DNA of 62,568 bases, filler included, from Stramenopiles sp. TOSAG23-6 (taxonomy: Eukaryota), in NCBI GenBank assembly GCA_900128565.1. It is 4 parts of 4 records of this genome, joined end to end, with 100 filler letters (N's around TTAATTAATTAA, not from the genome) between each part and the next. Parts side by side here need not be neighbours in the genome. Positions count along the whole stretch, not along the records: positions 15,762 to 31,375 come from LT636110.1; positions 31,476 to 46,984 come from LT636113.1; 2 more parts are not named here. One strand, written 5' to 3'. Of the stretch, positions 21,383-31,891 are shown piece by piece. Both the position numbers and the translations under genes were made by a program. The notes beneath the pieces are model-generated. The model was given only the letters and a program-made list of their open reading frames with translations. It searched no databases and was not told where the DNA came from. Each line of letters starts with the position of its first letter. Positions within the stretch are counted from its first letter, which is position 1.

Positions 21383-22663
21383 ATGGAATCTTCAGGTACC
21401 TACACGGTGACATCGAAAGACGCAAGTATGATGATAAGCGATAAAGAAACAATTACAGAGCCTTCTTTGCATTCTGACACCACGGTAATTTTGACGACGG
21501 AAGATCCTATGAAGAAGGAATCTTCACAATGTGAAACCAGAATAACTGTGACACCATTGAAGAACACTTCTTCAAATTCTTCAGCTAAAAAGTCAACGAC
21601 GAGGAATTGTTGTGGAAAACATAAAAGGGCACTACTTTATATTATGGCACTTGTTCTTTTAATTTCAGTGGTGGCGTGGCCAATTTATTTTCTCTCAAAG
21701 AATTTAAATGAAAAGAAACACAGCAAAATTTACATTTTTGAAGTTGAACACATTTTGGAAGATGATCAGGAAGGGACATTTAGTCGTAGACTTGGGCTTG
21801 ATGAGGATAAGGATAAGGAAGAGAAGGAAAAGAAGAAAAAGAAGTGTTTGGAGTGGGTCGCAACAACGCAAGCGGCTATCATTGACACACGTGTTGAATA
21901 TTCAGTAGTGACAAACGTTCTGGAATCTAAGGAAGATAAGGAAGATAAGCCATGTGAGACAGATAAAATTCGTCATAAATTTGACACTTCTGTCACTACC
22001 ATTAAAGGGAAGACTCTAGTTGAATCTGATTTATTAGAAGCAATTAAATCCGAAATGAAAAGAAAAGAAATTAAATTCAACAATGCAGAGCTCTATCCAT
22101 TCGAATCATCAGATCCCCCTCCACAACAAGAATCAAAGTCAGTAAAACTACCAACTGCAGGTCCAGTAACACATGAAGAAACACAGCCAAAATCAGCAGT
22201 ACCACCAACTGCAGGTACACAGGAAGCAAAATCATCAGCAATAGCAACAGCATCACAAGAAGCAGCAGCAACAGCATCACCAGAAGTAGCAAAAGCAGCA
22301 GCAGAGGCAGAAGCAAGAGAAGCAACGACAAATCGTGAAGAATTAGCACCAGAAGCAGAAGTGAAAGAATCAGAAGTAACAAATGGTAATACTGATACAA
22401 CAACTTTGAGAGCAAGCATAGGTAAAAAGGTTACAACATCATACCAGATGATTGGTAGTACTATACTTGCCCAGTGGATAAAATTCCGTACCTTTTTTTT
22501 CGTACTTCAAAATTTTGCACCTAATGCTTTATATACGAAAGGAATGGTACAAGCTCTCTTCAGATATGTCACAATGCTCTTCACTACAATTGCGACTAGA
22601 TTGGATAAAATCCATAAGCACATGGTAGATAATGATTACACTATCAATTTGGATCAAATCTAA
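21383..22663 (+). CDS. Single-pass membrane protein of unknown function with an Ala/Glu/Thr-rich region
   Basis: 426-codon ORF; TM segment ALLYIMALVLLISVVAWPIYFL. The 3' end may contain a degenerate intron near 22488. Confidence 0.6.
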   Translation: MESSGTYTVTSKDASMMISDKETITEPSLHSDTTVILTTEDPMKKESSQCETRITVTPLKNTSSNSSAKKSTTRNCCGKHKRALLYIMALVLLISVVAWPIYFLSKNLNEKKHSKIYIFEVEHILEDDQEGTFSRRLGLDEDKDKEEKEKKKKKCLEWVATTQAAIIDTRVEYSVVTNVLESKEDKEDKPCETDKIRHKFDTSVTTIKGKTLVESDLLEAIKSEMKRKEIKFNNAELYPFESSDPPPQQESKSVKLPTAGPVTHEETQPKSAVPPTAGTQEAKSSAIATASQEAAATASPEVAKAAAEAEAREATTNREELAPEAEVKESEVTNGNTDTTTLRASIGKKVTTSYQMIGSTILAQWIKFRTFFFVLQNFAPNALYTKGMVQALFRYVTMLFTTIATRLDKIHKHMVDNDYTINLDQI

Positions 22664-22826
22664 AATTAATCGCTAAAACTTTGTATATAATTTTCTGTAA
22701 CAAATTCACCTAATTACTTATTTCCGTGTACAAAAACATCAATAAAAAAATTCATTTATCTTTTAATTTTTATGGACTTAATGTTTTCATATAATGTCTA
22801 AAATCACTCATTGTATTTTTTAATTT

Positions 22827-24824
22827 TTATGGACTTAATGTTTTCATATAATGTCTAAAATCACTCATTGTGTTTTCTTCCCGAACGATCGGTTTAAATC
22901 TTGGTTGTGCGCTGTGTACGTTGCTTTTCGTCGGTGATAAACTTTTAGAAATTGATTTCTCTGTGTTTCGACTTTTACGAGTCGGAGAAATGGATGTTGT
23001 GAGGGATGGTGACGAACACCTATTTGTCCAACGACCATCAATTGTGCTAAAATCAGTCTTTTTATGATTGCTACTGTTAGAATTGAATAATATTGCTGTT
23101 TTTCTATGCCGATTTTTTCGACCTTGACCACTATAACTTTGTTTCGGTATATTCTTTAACTCACTATAAGAATTATTGTAATCTTTTTGTGATGTTTCTT
23201 GAAAATGTTCAACATGAGGAAATTTCTGCTCAATAGAATTTGAATACTTCTTAGTTATTCGTTTTTTTTGTCTCTTTGAGGTAATTTTCTTATTTAACCT
23301 TTGAAGCCGTTTTTCTTGTAATGAAGTTTTTAGTTTATCTAATGTTTTTCTTGATTTACGCCCAGTTTGTACTGACTCTGTAGAAACCCAAGCGGTACCT
23401 CTTTCTATTCTATTGCTAGATGTCTTCTTTGCACTACTGGGAGACTTTTGGGTAGTTTTGATTGATTTCCCAGTCAATTTGATTGTTGGGGAATTTTTCA
23501 GTTTTTGTTTATTTTCTTCGGTTACTCGCTTTGCTCGCATTAAAACAAGCATTGGATCCTGTTCCATAACTTTTGTGAGACCTTCAGCTACCTTTTGGTA
23601 CACATGGATTATGAAAAAATATTTCAAAAAAAAATCGTTAGGTACAAAATTTCGTACGAAAAAAAATAACTTTGTTTCTGGACCAAATTCTAATTGGTAA
23701 CAAACTCGTTTAGCGACTCCTGTATCATTGAAACCAGAGTGTTTCTGTACAGTCCAACCTCCATCTAAACGATCTATCACATCCATGCGAACTTCGATTT
23801 CTTCTAATTGCAACAAAGGTTGAATCGCAAACCGTACCAATTCAGTACTACTTGTAGTCCTTCCCTGTTTTGTACCAACATATACGCAACATCTATCATT
23901 TTCGGTGCCCCCATGAGCGTGTAAATCTAATAAAATGGAGTATCCAAATTTTGCCTCTGCTGCTTCCAAATGGGCTTTGATTTCTTCGTGGTATCTTTTG
24001 TATATTCGAGATGATGATGGACAAAGTGCATTATAAGGCGTTCCTTCTTGTCGTAAAATTCGTTGTTTTGTTCCACATTCGGAACGATTACAGTCGATAT
24101 ATCGTCGATGTGTTCGAAGACAAACAGTAGAAGGTCGAAATCCACCATTTGGATCATCCATTATATAATCGCGAATTCTGACTAAAGTTTTTATTGTATG
24201 AGCATCACAGCACTTGTTTCCATCACAGGACCGCTCTGCTAACTTTTTACCAAAATCATCCAAATAACGATTACCTCCATGAGGAGCTGTTAAAACAAGC
24301 GGACAATTGCCTCGTCGACTCACACCCTCACAAGACTGATCATCCCAGCGCGAACTCCCTGGTTTCGTTTCTAAGGGATTGATTCCTCTTGGGAAACCGT
24401 TATTACGAAATTTTGATACTTTTTCATTTTTTTTTGTAAATAAAGGACTATTTCTACCACTCATTTTTGGGCTACTATTACCACCTATTTTGGGACTATT
24501 TCTACCACTCGTTTTTGCAGTACTAATTATGGGACTACCAAAGGTATTTTTTTTCAATGATTTCTTCTCTCTAGGTGGAGATTTTGGTACAGAAATTTTT
24601 ATACTTTTGTCGTCAGCTGTCAAGCTTTTATAACGAAGCGTTCCCCCTGGAACCAAATACTCCAACACCACCCGATGCCCATCGTTTGACAAAACCCGTC
24701 CTTTCGCCCAGCACATTCGAGAATCGGAGTATACTTCAACCGGTGTGCCAACTTTTAGTTGTTCCTGTCTCTTCTGTTTAGTAGACGTTCTTTTATTCTT
24801 TAAAAACCTGTATAGTTTTAACAT
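22827..24824 (-). CDS. Protein with an N-formylglutamate amidohydrolase-like domain and basic low-complexity flanks
   Basis: PLVLTAPHGG, RRYIDCNRS, YKRYHEEI, ILLDLHAHG, YVGT, GGWTVQ, CYQLEF. Confidence 0.7.
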   Translation of the reverse strand: MLKLYRFLKNKRTSTKQKRQEQLKVGTPVEVYSDSRMCWAKGRVLSNDGHRVVLEYLVPGGTLRYKSLTADDKSIKISVPKSPPREKKSLKKNTFGSPIISTAKTSGRNSPKIGGNSSPKMSGRNSPLFTKKNEKVSKFRNNGFPRGINPLETKPGSSRWDDQSCEGVSRRGNCPLVLTAPHGGNRYLDDFGKKLAERSCDGNKCCDAHTIKTLVRIRDYIMDDPNGGFRPSTVCLRTHRRYIDCNRSECGTKQRILRQEGTPYNALCPSSSRIYKRYHEEIKAHLEAAEAKFGYSILLDLHAHGGTENDRCCVYVGTKQGRTTSSTELVRFAIQPLLQLEEIEVRMDVIDRLDGGWTVQKHSGFNDTGVAKRVCYQLEFGPETKLFFFVRNFVPNDFFLKYFFIIHVYQKVAEGLTKVMEQDPMLVLMRAKRVTEENKQKLKNSPTIKLTGKSIKTTQKSPSSAKKTSSNRIERGTAWVSTESVQTGRKSRKTLDKLKTSLQEKRLQRLNKKITSKRQKKRITKKYSNSIEQKFPHVEHFQETSQKDYNNSYSELKNIPKQSYSGQGRKNRHRKTAILFNSNSSNHKKTDFSTIDGRWTNRCSSPSLTTSISPTRKSRNTEKSISKSLSPTKSNVHSAQPRFKPIVREENTMSDFRHYMKTLSP
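23604..23670 (-). other. 5'-truncated family intron copy embedded in frame
   Basis: TTTTTTTCGTACGAAATTTTGTACCTAAC...CATAATCCAT, with no GTAYGT donor upstream. Confidence 0.65.
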
Positions 24825-25109
24825 TTTCTTTTTATTGAAAACGCCACCAACTAACTCCGCAAATGCTTTCTTGATAAAATGAGAATGGAATTTTAGTAGT
24901 ACACACAGTGAAAATTGTCTAGAAGCAACAACAACAGTTACTTCGTATACTACAATAAAAGTATACTTACTTGTCGTGAAAGAATCAAGATTTGTACAAG
25001 AATTGTAACATACGTAATTTTTCGACAGTTTCAACTTTCAACTTTGAAAAAATCAAGTACACGAAATAACATGAAAATATTCATACTACAATCTATATGG
25101 TTTCTGGAT

Positions 25110-26330
25110 TCATACCATTTTATTAGAAATACATTCCACACTAACATCAATATACTTCAATCGAGGAGGTTTCAAAATATCATCTCTAGATCTGATAATA
25201 TTTAATTCTGGTGGTACAAATAAACCTCCATTTTCTGTACAACTATTATTAGGGTTAGGGGTTGTACTAGGGTTAGGGTTAGACTTTCCTGTTGATGATT
25301 GAATCGTTCGGTGTACAACGGCTTGCATAGTGGTTACAACAGACAGTAATGCTTCGGTAAAATTATTTTTTATATCATCTATATTCTCTTTCTCTATGAC
25401 ATCACCTGATCCACCACAATGTGTTTGTGTTTTTGGCGTATTTCGTGTATTTTTTTTATAAATATTACATTTATGGAGCCACGCCAAGAGTAAAGCAGCC
25501 ATAAGATCTCCAGTTCCAGTAAAATTACAATCAAACCGTTTCATTGTCACACGAAATGTAAGATATTTACATTCTTCTCCGCTTCGTTTCGATGTTCGAA
25601 CTCTCAGTGAGGCTAACATGAGAATATTATTATCAATTTCTTTTTTTCCCGTACCAAATTCCGTATTTAAAACAATTGAAGCAGATTCATTTGATCTTTT
25701 GATACTATTTTTTCCACTGCCTTCAGATTTCATCAGAGATGTACTTTCCTCATTTTCTATTTTCGTTGGCCACGTTTGATTTTCCAAACTAGTAATCACA
25801 ACAATATCGGGGCCTTTCCCATGCAAACAGCGAAGTGCAAGTAAAGCATCACCTTCACACGAAATCTGTTTTCCAGTTAATAACTCACACTCAAATTGAT
25901 TTGGTGTCAATACAGTTGAAATAGGTACAACACGATTTCGATATATTGTTACAAGATCTTCAGGTACGTAGAGCTTATTATTGTCTCCCATAACAGGATC
26001 ACAGACATAAACAATATCGGGATTTACTTGACGCAATTTTTGAAACACCCTAATAACAGTCTCAAGAAAGGAAATTGAACCAATGTACCCAGTTAGCAAA
26101 TAAGAATATCCATGTAATAATCCATTTGCATCTAACCCCTCTATCAATGACCATAACTCACTACCATCGAGAACAGTGCCCTTGAATGTGGGATAACCAG
26201 TATGATTAGAAAACTGCACAGAATTGACAAAGTCTACATCAAAACCTAGAAGTTGCAGTGGAAATACTGCACTCTTATTACCAACATGACCGTGAACAGT
26301 ATGCGATTGAATACTTAACACACGTGGCAT
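25110..26330 (-). CDS. PDXK: Pyridoxal kinase
   Basis: RVLSIQSHTVHGHVGNKSAVFPLQLLG, NSVQFSNHTGY, VCDPVMGD, TPNQFE, FTGTGDLMAALLL. Confidence 0.96.
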   Translation of the reverse strand: MPRVLSIQSHTVHGHVGNKSAVFPLQLLGFDVDFVNSVQFSNHTGYPTFKGTVLDGSELWSLIEGLDANGLLHGYSYLLTGYIGSISFLETVIRVFQKLRQVNPDIVYVCDPVMGDNNKLYVPEDLVTIYRNRVVPISTVLTPNQFECELLTGKQISCEGDALLALRCLHGKGPDIVVITSLENQTWPTKIENEESTSLMKSEGSGKNSIKRSNESASIVLNTEFGTGKKEIDNNILMLASLRVRTSKRSGEECKYLTFRVTMKRFDCNFTGTGDLMAALLLAWLHKCNIYKKNTRNTPKTQTHCGGSGDVIEKENIDDIKNNFTEALLSVVTTMQAVVHRTIQSSTGKSNPNPSTTPNPNNSCTENGGLFVPPELNIIRSRDDILKPPRLKYIDVSVECISNKMV

Positions 26331-26632
26331 TAGATATAAAGAAATCTCTCGAAATAACTTTATGAGCTAATAATAATGCTGACTTCAACAAGAGAAAAAA
26401 GAAATTCCTTTGCCTTTTTGTTGTGTTGTTGTACCTATCAATGTTGACCAACTTGATCGTGTATAATAGTAAATTAAAACCCTAACCCTATATAATAGGT
26501 GTCACCCACAAAAAATGGGTCAGCTGCTAATATTTTTTAATAATAATAACGCAGAATCGCGAAAATCTCTCAAAAAAGACGCTCCTAGCTAGCAGTTTTC
26601 TTTTTTCTTCTTTTGTAAAGTTGAATTTGAAA

Positions 26633-28678
26633 ATGCATCATGAGACAATCCAATCATGGAGAGTATCACAAAATGAAGAAAGATACACAACTGAAATGAC
26701 GCGGTGGTATATTTTAGCTGTATTTTCTCTGGCAAACATGAATCAGTGTTTGACTTGGTTTACATTTTCATCTGTATCACTCGACAATATGGAATCATTT
26801 TTCGGTAGTAAGTCAAACGAAGACCCTTTCTGGATGCCTGGTATTAATAAATCAACAATTGGGTGGTTGCTTAATTGGGGTCCAATCATTGGTGTCTTAG
26901 TATTTCCATTGCAAGCGTGGTTAACTCAAAAAAAAAATGGTTGGTATACTTGTGTTGTGGTTGCCATCACACTAACGTGTTTTGGTAACATTATCCGAAC
27001 TATCCCAATCCTCTTTGGACCTCACGGCCGAGACACTCAAGCTGCTTTTATATGCTATCATTTTGGACAAATTTTGAATGCTGCTGCAGGGCCCTTTGTA
27101 ATGAGCGTTGTAACAAAGTTATCCTGTGTTTGGTTTGCTGAAAATGAGAGAGTCTTTGCTACTGGCATCGCAGTGACTTCAAATGGCGTAGGAAATGCAG
27201 TAGGATTTCTAGCAGGTCCTTATTTCTGTGATGGAAACATTGAGACACTATTCATGCTATGTCTTATACTTTCTTGCATTCCAGTACTTTGTGTTTTAGT
27301 TTTTTTCCCTATTTTGCCCAGAGAATTTCCATCCGAAGTTGCCAGACAAAGTGCAATAAACCCTAACCCTAACCTAAATAGACTGCATAACAGAGGAAGT
27401 AGAAAACAGTCTTCTCAAATTTCGAATGTACTGGACTCTCAATTTGAAGGAGATGAGCACTTGCTAGATAACTTTGAAGAACCATCAGATTCTATATTTG
27501 ATATGGCATCACCTGTTCGAAATCAAAGAATAGAAGAAACCCTTGAAGAAACACTAACTGACACTGTAAACCCTAACCCTAACTCTTTCTGGAATTGTTT
27601 GAGATTTTCTTTCCCTTCTACACAAAAAAAGGGCGTTGTATCATACCTTGTACTGGTAATAACAACAGGTATTGTTTCTGGAGTATGTTGCGCTTGGCAA
27701 GGCCTGTTACAGGTTATTCTAAATCCTGCTGGTATCAATGAAAAAACTGTTGTACGTTTGTTCTGAAATTTCAGTCTTTTTTTCGTACGAAATTTCGTAC
27801 CTAACAAATTTTACAAAAAAAATATTTTTTTTCACGATACATGGACTATTAGGGTTTTTAAATACAATTTCAGGAACAATTACGAGTATTATAGGTGGAT
27901 ATATTCTAGGGTTTTATGTACGTTTTACATATAAATTTTAAAAAACAGTTCATACCAAATTTTGTATCTAACGAATTAAAAGAAAAAAAAAATTAAAAAA
28001 CAATTCATACCAAATTTTGTACCTAACGAACTTGAGAAACAAAAAACTTCACAATACATTTCCGACGTCGTCTAAAAACTATCTTATTACTGAATTTCGG
28101 AATTTGGACATTTGCAATGATGTACAATTTCTTGATGAATTTCATTTTTTCTTTTTTTTTTTTCGTACGACATTTTGTACCTAACAATATCTTTTCTACA
28201 ATATCTTTTCACAATACGTTTGCTTTACTTTAGCATTACCTACTTTCATCTTTTCTGAGCCGCCATTTGAAGGTATGAATAAAATCGGATTGTTCTTCTG
28301 TTTGCTTCTCTCTGGTTCAACTCAAGGATTTTCAAATACCATGTATCTTTTCATCATTAATTATATATTCTCTCTATTATTTCACATTTTTTTCTTTTTT
28401 TTTCTAAAGTAAAAAAGAGTAAAAAAGAGTAAAAAAAAATGTGTACCTGACACTGTTTTTGACAAAATTGAATATATTTACCAAAAACATAACGTATGAA
28501 TTCACAGCCGAGTTGACTTGGCCAGTACAAGAAGGCTTATCTGCTGGAATTTTAGTGTCAATATTGAATGCATCAAGTTGTATTTTTATTTTTATTAATA
28601 ATAGCTTAAGTTACAGGTACATGTACGTTTCAATCATGACTTTCAAATTATTTTTTTTCGTTAAAAAAAAATTGAAAC

Positions 28679-28721
<43 letters not shown>

Positions 28722-28870
28722 ATTTGAAATTTGACATATATTTTCACAAATACATGAATTTCATTATGACATTGACTTGTTTTGCTGCACTTGTAAGCAT
28801 TTTGTTTGTAAAGGAGACGTATAATAGACCACTTAATCTCACTCATCGTAATATAATTGAAGAATCATAA
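26633..28870 (+). CDS. MFS transporter, SLC49 (FLVCR/DIRC2)-like; exons 26633-27751, 27843-27917, 28060-28121, 28220-28342, 28491-28622, 28756-28870
   Basis: RWYILAVFSL, LLNWGPI, GQILNAAAGP, WFAENERVFAT; spliced C-terminal half FRRRLK, YEFTAELTWPVQEGLSAG, KETYNR. Confidence 0.85.
27752..27842 (+). other. GT-AT intron (family)
   Basis: GTACGTTTG...CGTACGAAATTTCGTACCTAAC...CACGATACAT; joins KTV-GLLGF. Confidence 0.85.
27918..28059 (+). other. GT-AT intron (family) with duplicated branch module
   Basis: GTACGTTTT...TGTATCTAAC...TGTACCTAAC...CACAATACAT; joins GFY-FRRRLK. Confidence 0.85.
28122..28219 (+). other. Family intron ending in GT (GT-GT)
   Basis: GTACAATTT...TGTACCTAAC...CACAATACGT; joins FAMI-CFTLALP. 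Confidence 0.72.
28343..28490 (+). other. GT-AT intron (divergent family member)
   Basis: GTATCTTTT...TGTACCTGAC...CCAAAAACAT; joins NTI-TYEFTAELTWP. Confidence 0.8.
28623..28755 (+). other. GT-AT intron (divergent family member, no TACCTAAC)
   Basis: GTACGTTT...CACAAATACAT; joins YRYM-NFIMTL. Confidence 0.78.
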
Positions 28871-28988
28871 TTAATGAAATTATTCAATAAATTTAAATTA
28901 CTTGAAAATATTGTCGAAATATATATTTCAAATAATATTTCTAACAATTTTCGTACATCCTTTAATTAAATACCACTTTCAATTTATT

Positions 28989-29587
28989 TTAATTCAGAAA
29001 TTGTATATCTCTTGTACCTAGCTGTGGTGGAATAAACCTGCGCAATGGTTCGACCATTGGACCATAACTTGTCATAGGTGGCAAGTGATCTGTAACAGCT
29101 GGAAAGCCTTGGCCGTACGGTTCACCTCCAAGGAAATTATCTGTTTTTGAGGGCGGAAAGAATTGATCATTGATTCGAGAGTGAGTAAAATGACGACCGA
29201 GAGTTGCTCCTTCCATACTAAATCTAGGTGCTGTTGCTCTATAAACAATTGATTGGGGTGGAACTCCACCGCCTTTTGGAATTCTCTCCCACGGTTGGAC
29301 ATCCCAAGTAGATAATGTATACAATAACAGAAAAGTAAAACAAATAAATAATCATAATTCAAACACAATATTCTTTTGTTGTAGTAATATTTGAAATAAA
29401 TCAAAAGTACAGGTGCCGGAGGAGCCCAATTTGGAAGTGGTTGAGGACTTAATTTAATTTTATTACGAAGACCAACCCTAACCCTATCACGTAATCTCAG
29501 TGTAGACTTTGTCTTTACTCCAAGTGACGTTATTTCTATTCCATTCTGTAGGATAACGACTAAAGAAATATATAAATGTAAACGCAT
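28989..29587 (-). CDS. Pro-rich protein with a hydrophobic N-terminus; probable exons 29587-29411 and 29318-28989
   Basis: Two overlapping ORFs can be joined by a GT..AT intron (PNWAPPAP-TLSTWDVQPW). Confidence 0.5.
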
Positions 29588-29975
29588 GGTTTTTATTCAA
29601 CTTTGACGGCTTCCAATTGCATCTGATATCAATAGATATAATTCAAAAACGAGATTTCGATTTCAGATTTTTTTTTTAAATTTTGAAACTGGCCTGGATC
29701 GAGAGAGAGAGGACGAAGAAGAATCTCCAAAATCTCCGATTGAAAACAAATAGTACTTAAATTTGTTGAAGAATTAAAAGGTAAAAAAGTAGTGAAAGTT
29801 GAAGCAACTCGCCTTGGTACTATCATTTATGGAAATGATAGTCATGTGATTTCAAGACATGGTAAATTTTCAATGAACAACAAAAATGTACATATAACGA
29901 AGATTAATCTAATCGTTTGTTTCTTTTCTATGAAAAATAGAGACACATTTAAATTTTTTTTTTTATTTAGCTTTG

Positions 29976-31305
29976 TCATATAGTATCATCAACCACATTG
30001 TTATCACTTCCTTGCTTTGATAGAAACATCACTGCACTTTCAAAAACTGTTAAATAATATGCTGCTTCTGGTGAGAGAGCAGAAGGACCAAGACAACAGG
30101 AAATTTCCCGGCACGCCAGTAATGTTCTTTGGAAAAATATTTCAAAAAAAAACCCGTTAGGTACAAAATTTCGTACGAAAAAAAATCGAAATTAAAAAAA
30201 AATAAAACATACATGGTTCTCGAAGTCTAGCTTGAGTCAAAACGTATAACTGCACAGGTAAAAAATCATCAGCACCCATTTGGAAGCCAGGGAACTCTTT
30301 GGAGTGATTTGTATAAATAGCCTGTGCACAACTAATAATGGCCTCTAATTTTGCACTAGGTAGTACAGATGCATCTATCATGCATAACAGGACAATGTAT
30401 TTTGGAAAAATATTTGGAAAAAAATCTAAAAAAATTTGTTAGGTACAAAATTTTTATAAAAAAAAAAATTCGAATTTGAAAAAAAAAATAAAACATACAT
30501 AGCGGCTCTATATCGTGTTTTTGAAGGTCTTTTTATATGCCAATATTTTTGAGGTTTTTTATATACTTTTTCACATTGTGCGTAAAGACTTCTATCGACT
30601 GAAGCAACTGTTGCTGTAGGACCAACAGAAGGACAAAGGCTTCTTCGAAGAATATATTTTATATTTCGGCGAAGGGGCATGAATATTGCTTCTTCAACTC
30701 GAAGTCTAATTCTATTTGTTACAACACGCCATGTATTGTGAAAAAACACAAAATCATTAAAAAAAAAAAAAGTTAGGTACGAAATATCGTACGAAAAACG
30801 TTTTAGATAAAAAAATTGAAAAAAAAATAAACATACCTGTAGTTGAGTTATTATTTGAATGGTAATCACTACACTTACTCGACTGAAATTCATTTTCATT
30901 GCCTTCAAAATGGCTTGTCTTCAATTTGGGGTCTCGGACAATAGTGTCAAACTGGTCATATCTATTATCTAAAATATACGCAGTCAATTGTTGCAAAAAG
31001 TCAGATAGTTTGTTTTTTTCAGAAATATGACTTTTCTGCTGAGATACTACAGTATTTTCATGAAGAGATGAGTTTTGTTCCTGTAGCTGGACTTGCAAAC
31101 TTTTCACCTGTGTTTTAAAAAAACGAATTCTAGCAGCTCCTTCATCGGAATGGACGTCATATAAAATCTTTCGCGTCGTCTCATCTATAATATCCAAAGT
31201 CCTTCCATTTAATATTTGATGACTTTCCTCTGCATTACTAATGTTACTCATGGTAGATGATGACAGACATGAAGAATCATGTTCACATAATAAATCTCTA
31301 TTTCC
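29976..31305 (-). CDS. VPS9-domain Rab5 GEF, 5'-partial; exons 31305-30837, 30730-30499, 30394-30213, 30121-29976
   Basis: Spliced YRAAI-VLLCMIDASVLPSAKLEAI, MGADDFLPVQLYVL, and PEAAYYLTVFESAVMFL. Confidence 0.88.
30122..30212 (-). other. GT-AT intron (family)
   Basis: GTATGTTTT...TGTACCTAAC...CCAAAGAACAT; gives the AYYLTVFESAV frame. Confidence 0.87.
30395..30498 (-). other. GT-AT intron (family)
   Basis: GTATGTTTT...TGTACCTAAC...CCAAAATACAT. Confidence 0.87.
30731..30836 (-). other. GT-AT intron (family)
   Basis: GTATGTTT...CGTACG..CGTACCTAAC...CACAATACAT; joins STTG-RVVTNRIR. Confidence 0.83.
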
Positions 31306-31375
31306 ATGTATTTTGGAAAAATATTTAAAAAAAAATCTAAAAAAAATTGTTACGTACAAAATTTCGTACGAAAAA
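31306..31375 (-). other. 3' part of a family intron, truncated by contig end
   Basis: TTCGTACGAAATTTTGTACGTAAC...CCAAAATACAT. Confidence 0.75.
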
Positions 31376-31475
31376 NNNNNNNNNNNNNNNNNNNNNNNNN
31401 NNNNNNNNNNNNNNNNNNNTTAATTAATTAANNNNNNNNNNNNNNNNNNNNNNNNNNNNNNNNNNNNNNNNNNNN
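31376..31475. other. Artificial contig linker
   Basis: N-TTAATTAATTAA-N. Confidence 0.95.
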
Positions 31476-31891
31476 CACATGATGTTTTCATTGTTAAAGA
31501 CTTTGTCTCTTTTCACTTGTTTCCTGTATAGTATTATAGCCCTACGTTAGTAATAGTGCGCGTCGCGGGCCTCATATATGTCTGAACTGACATATTATGT
31601 TGACATCAGCTGACCAATTATTTAACTAGTAAATTCTCTAGCAAATGAAAGGTTAGTTCCTCGCAAAATTTTCGCCCGCGCTGAATGTTTGAAAAACACG
31701 AAAAAACACCAAAACCTCCAACTTTGTACCAATTAAGTACGAATCGTTGATTTTCGAATTTACAAAACAATTTCAAAACAATTTCAAAAAAATTTGAATT
31801 AAAAATATTCACACACGAACACTCACGACTTCGATGTTTCAATTTTCAATACGACATCAAGCTATAATTTGACGAATCTTCTTCACGAATA

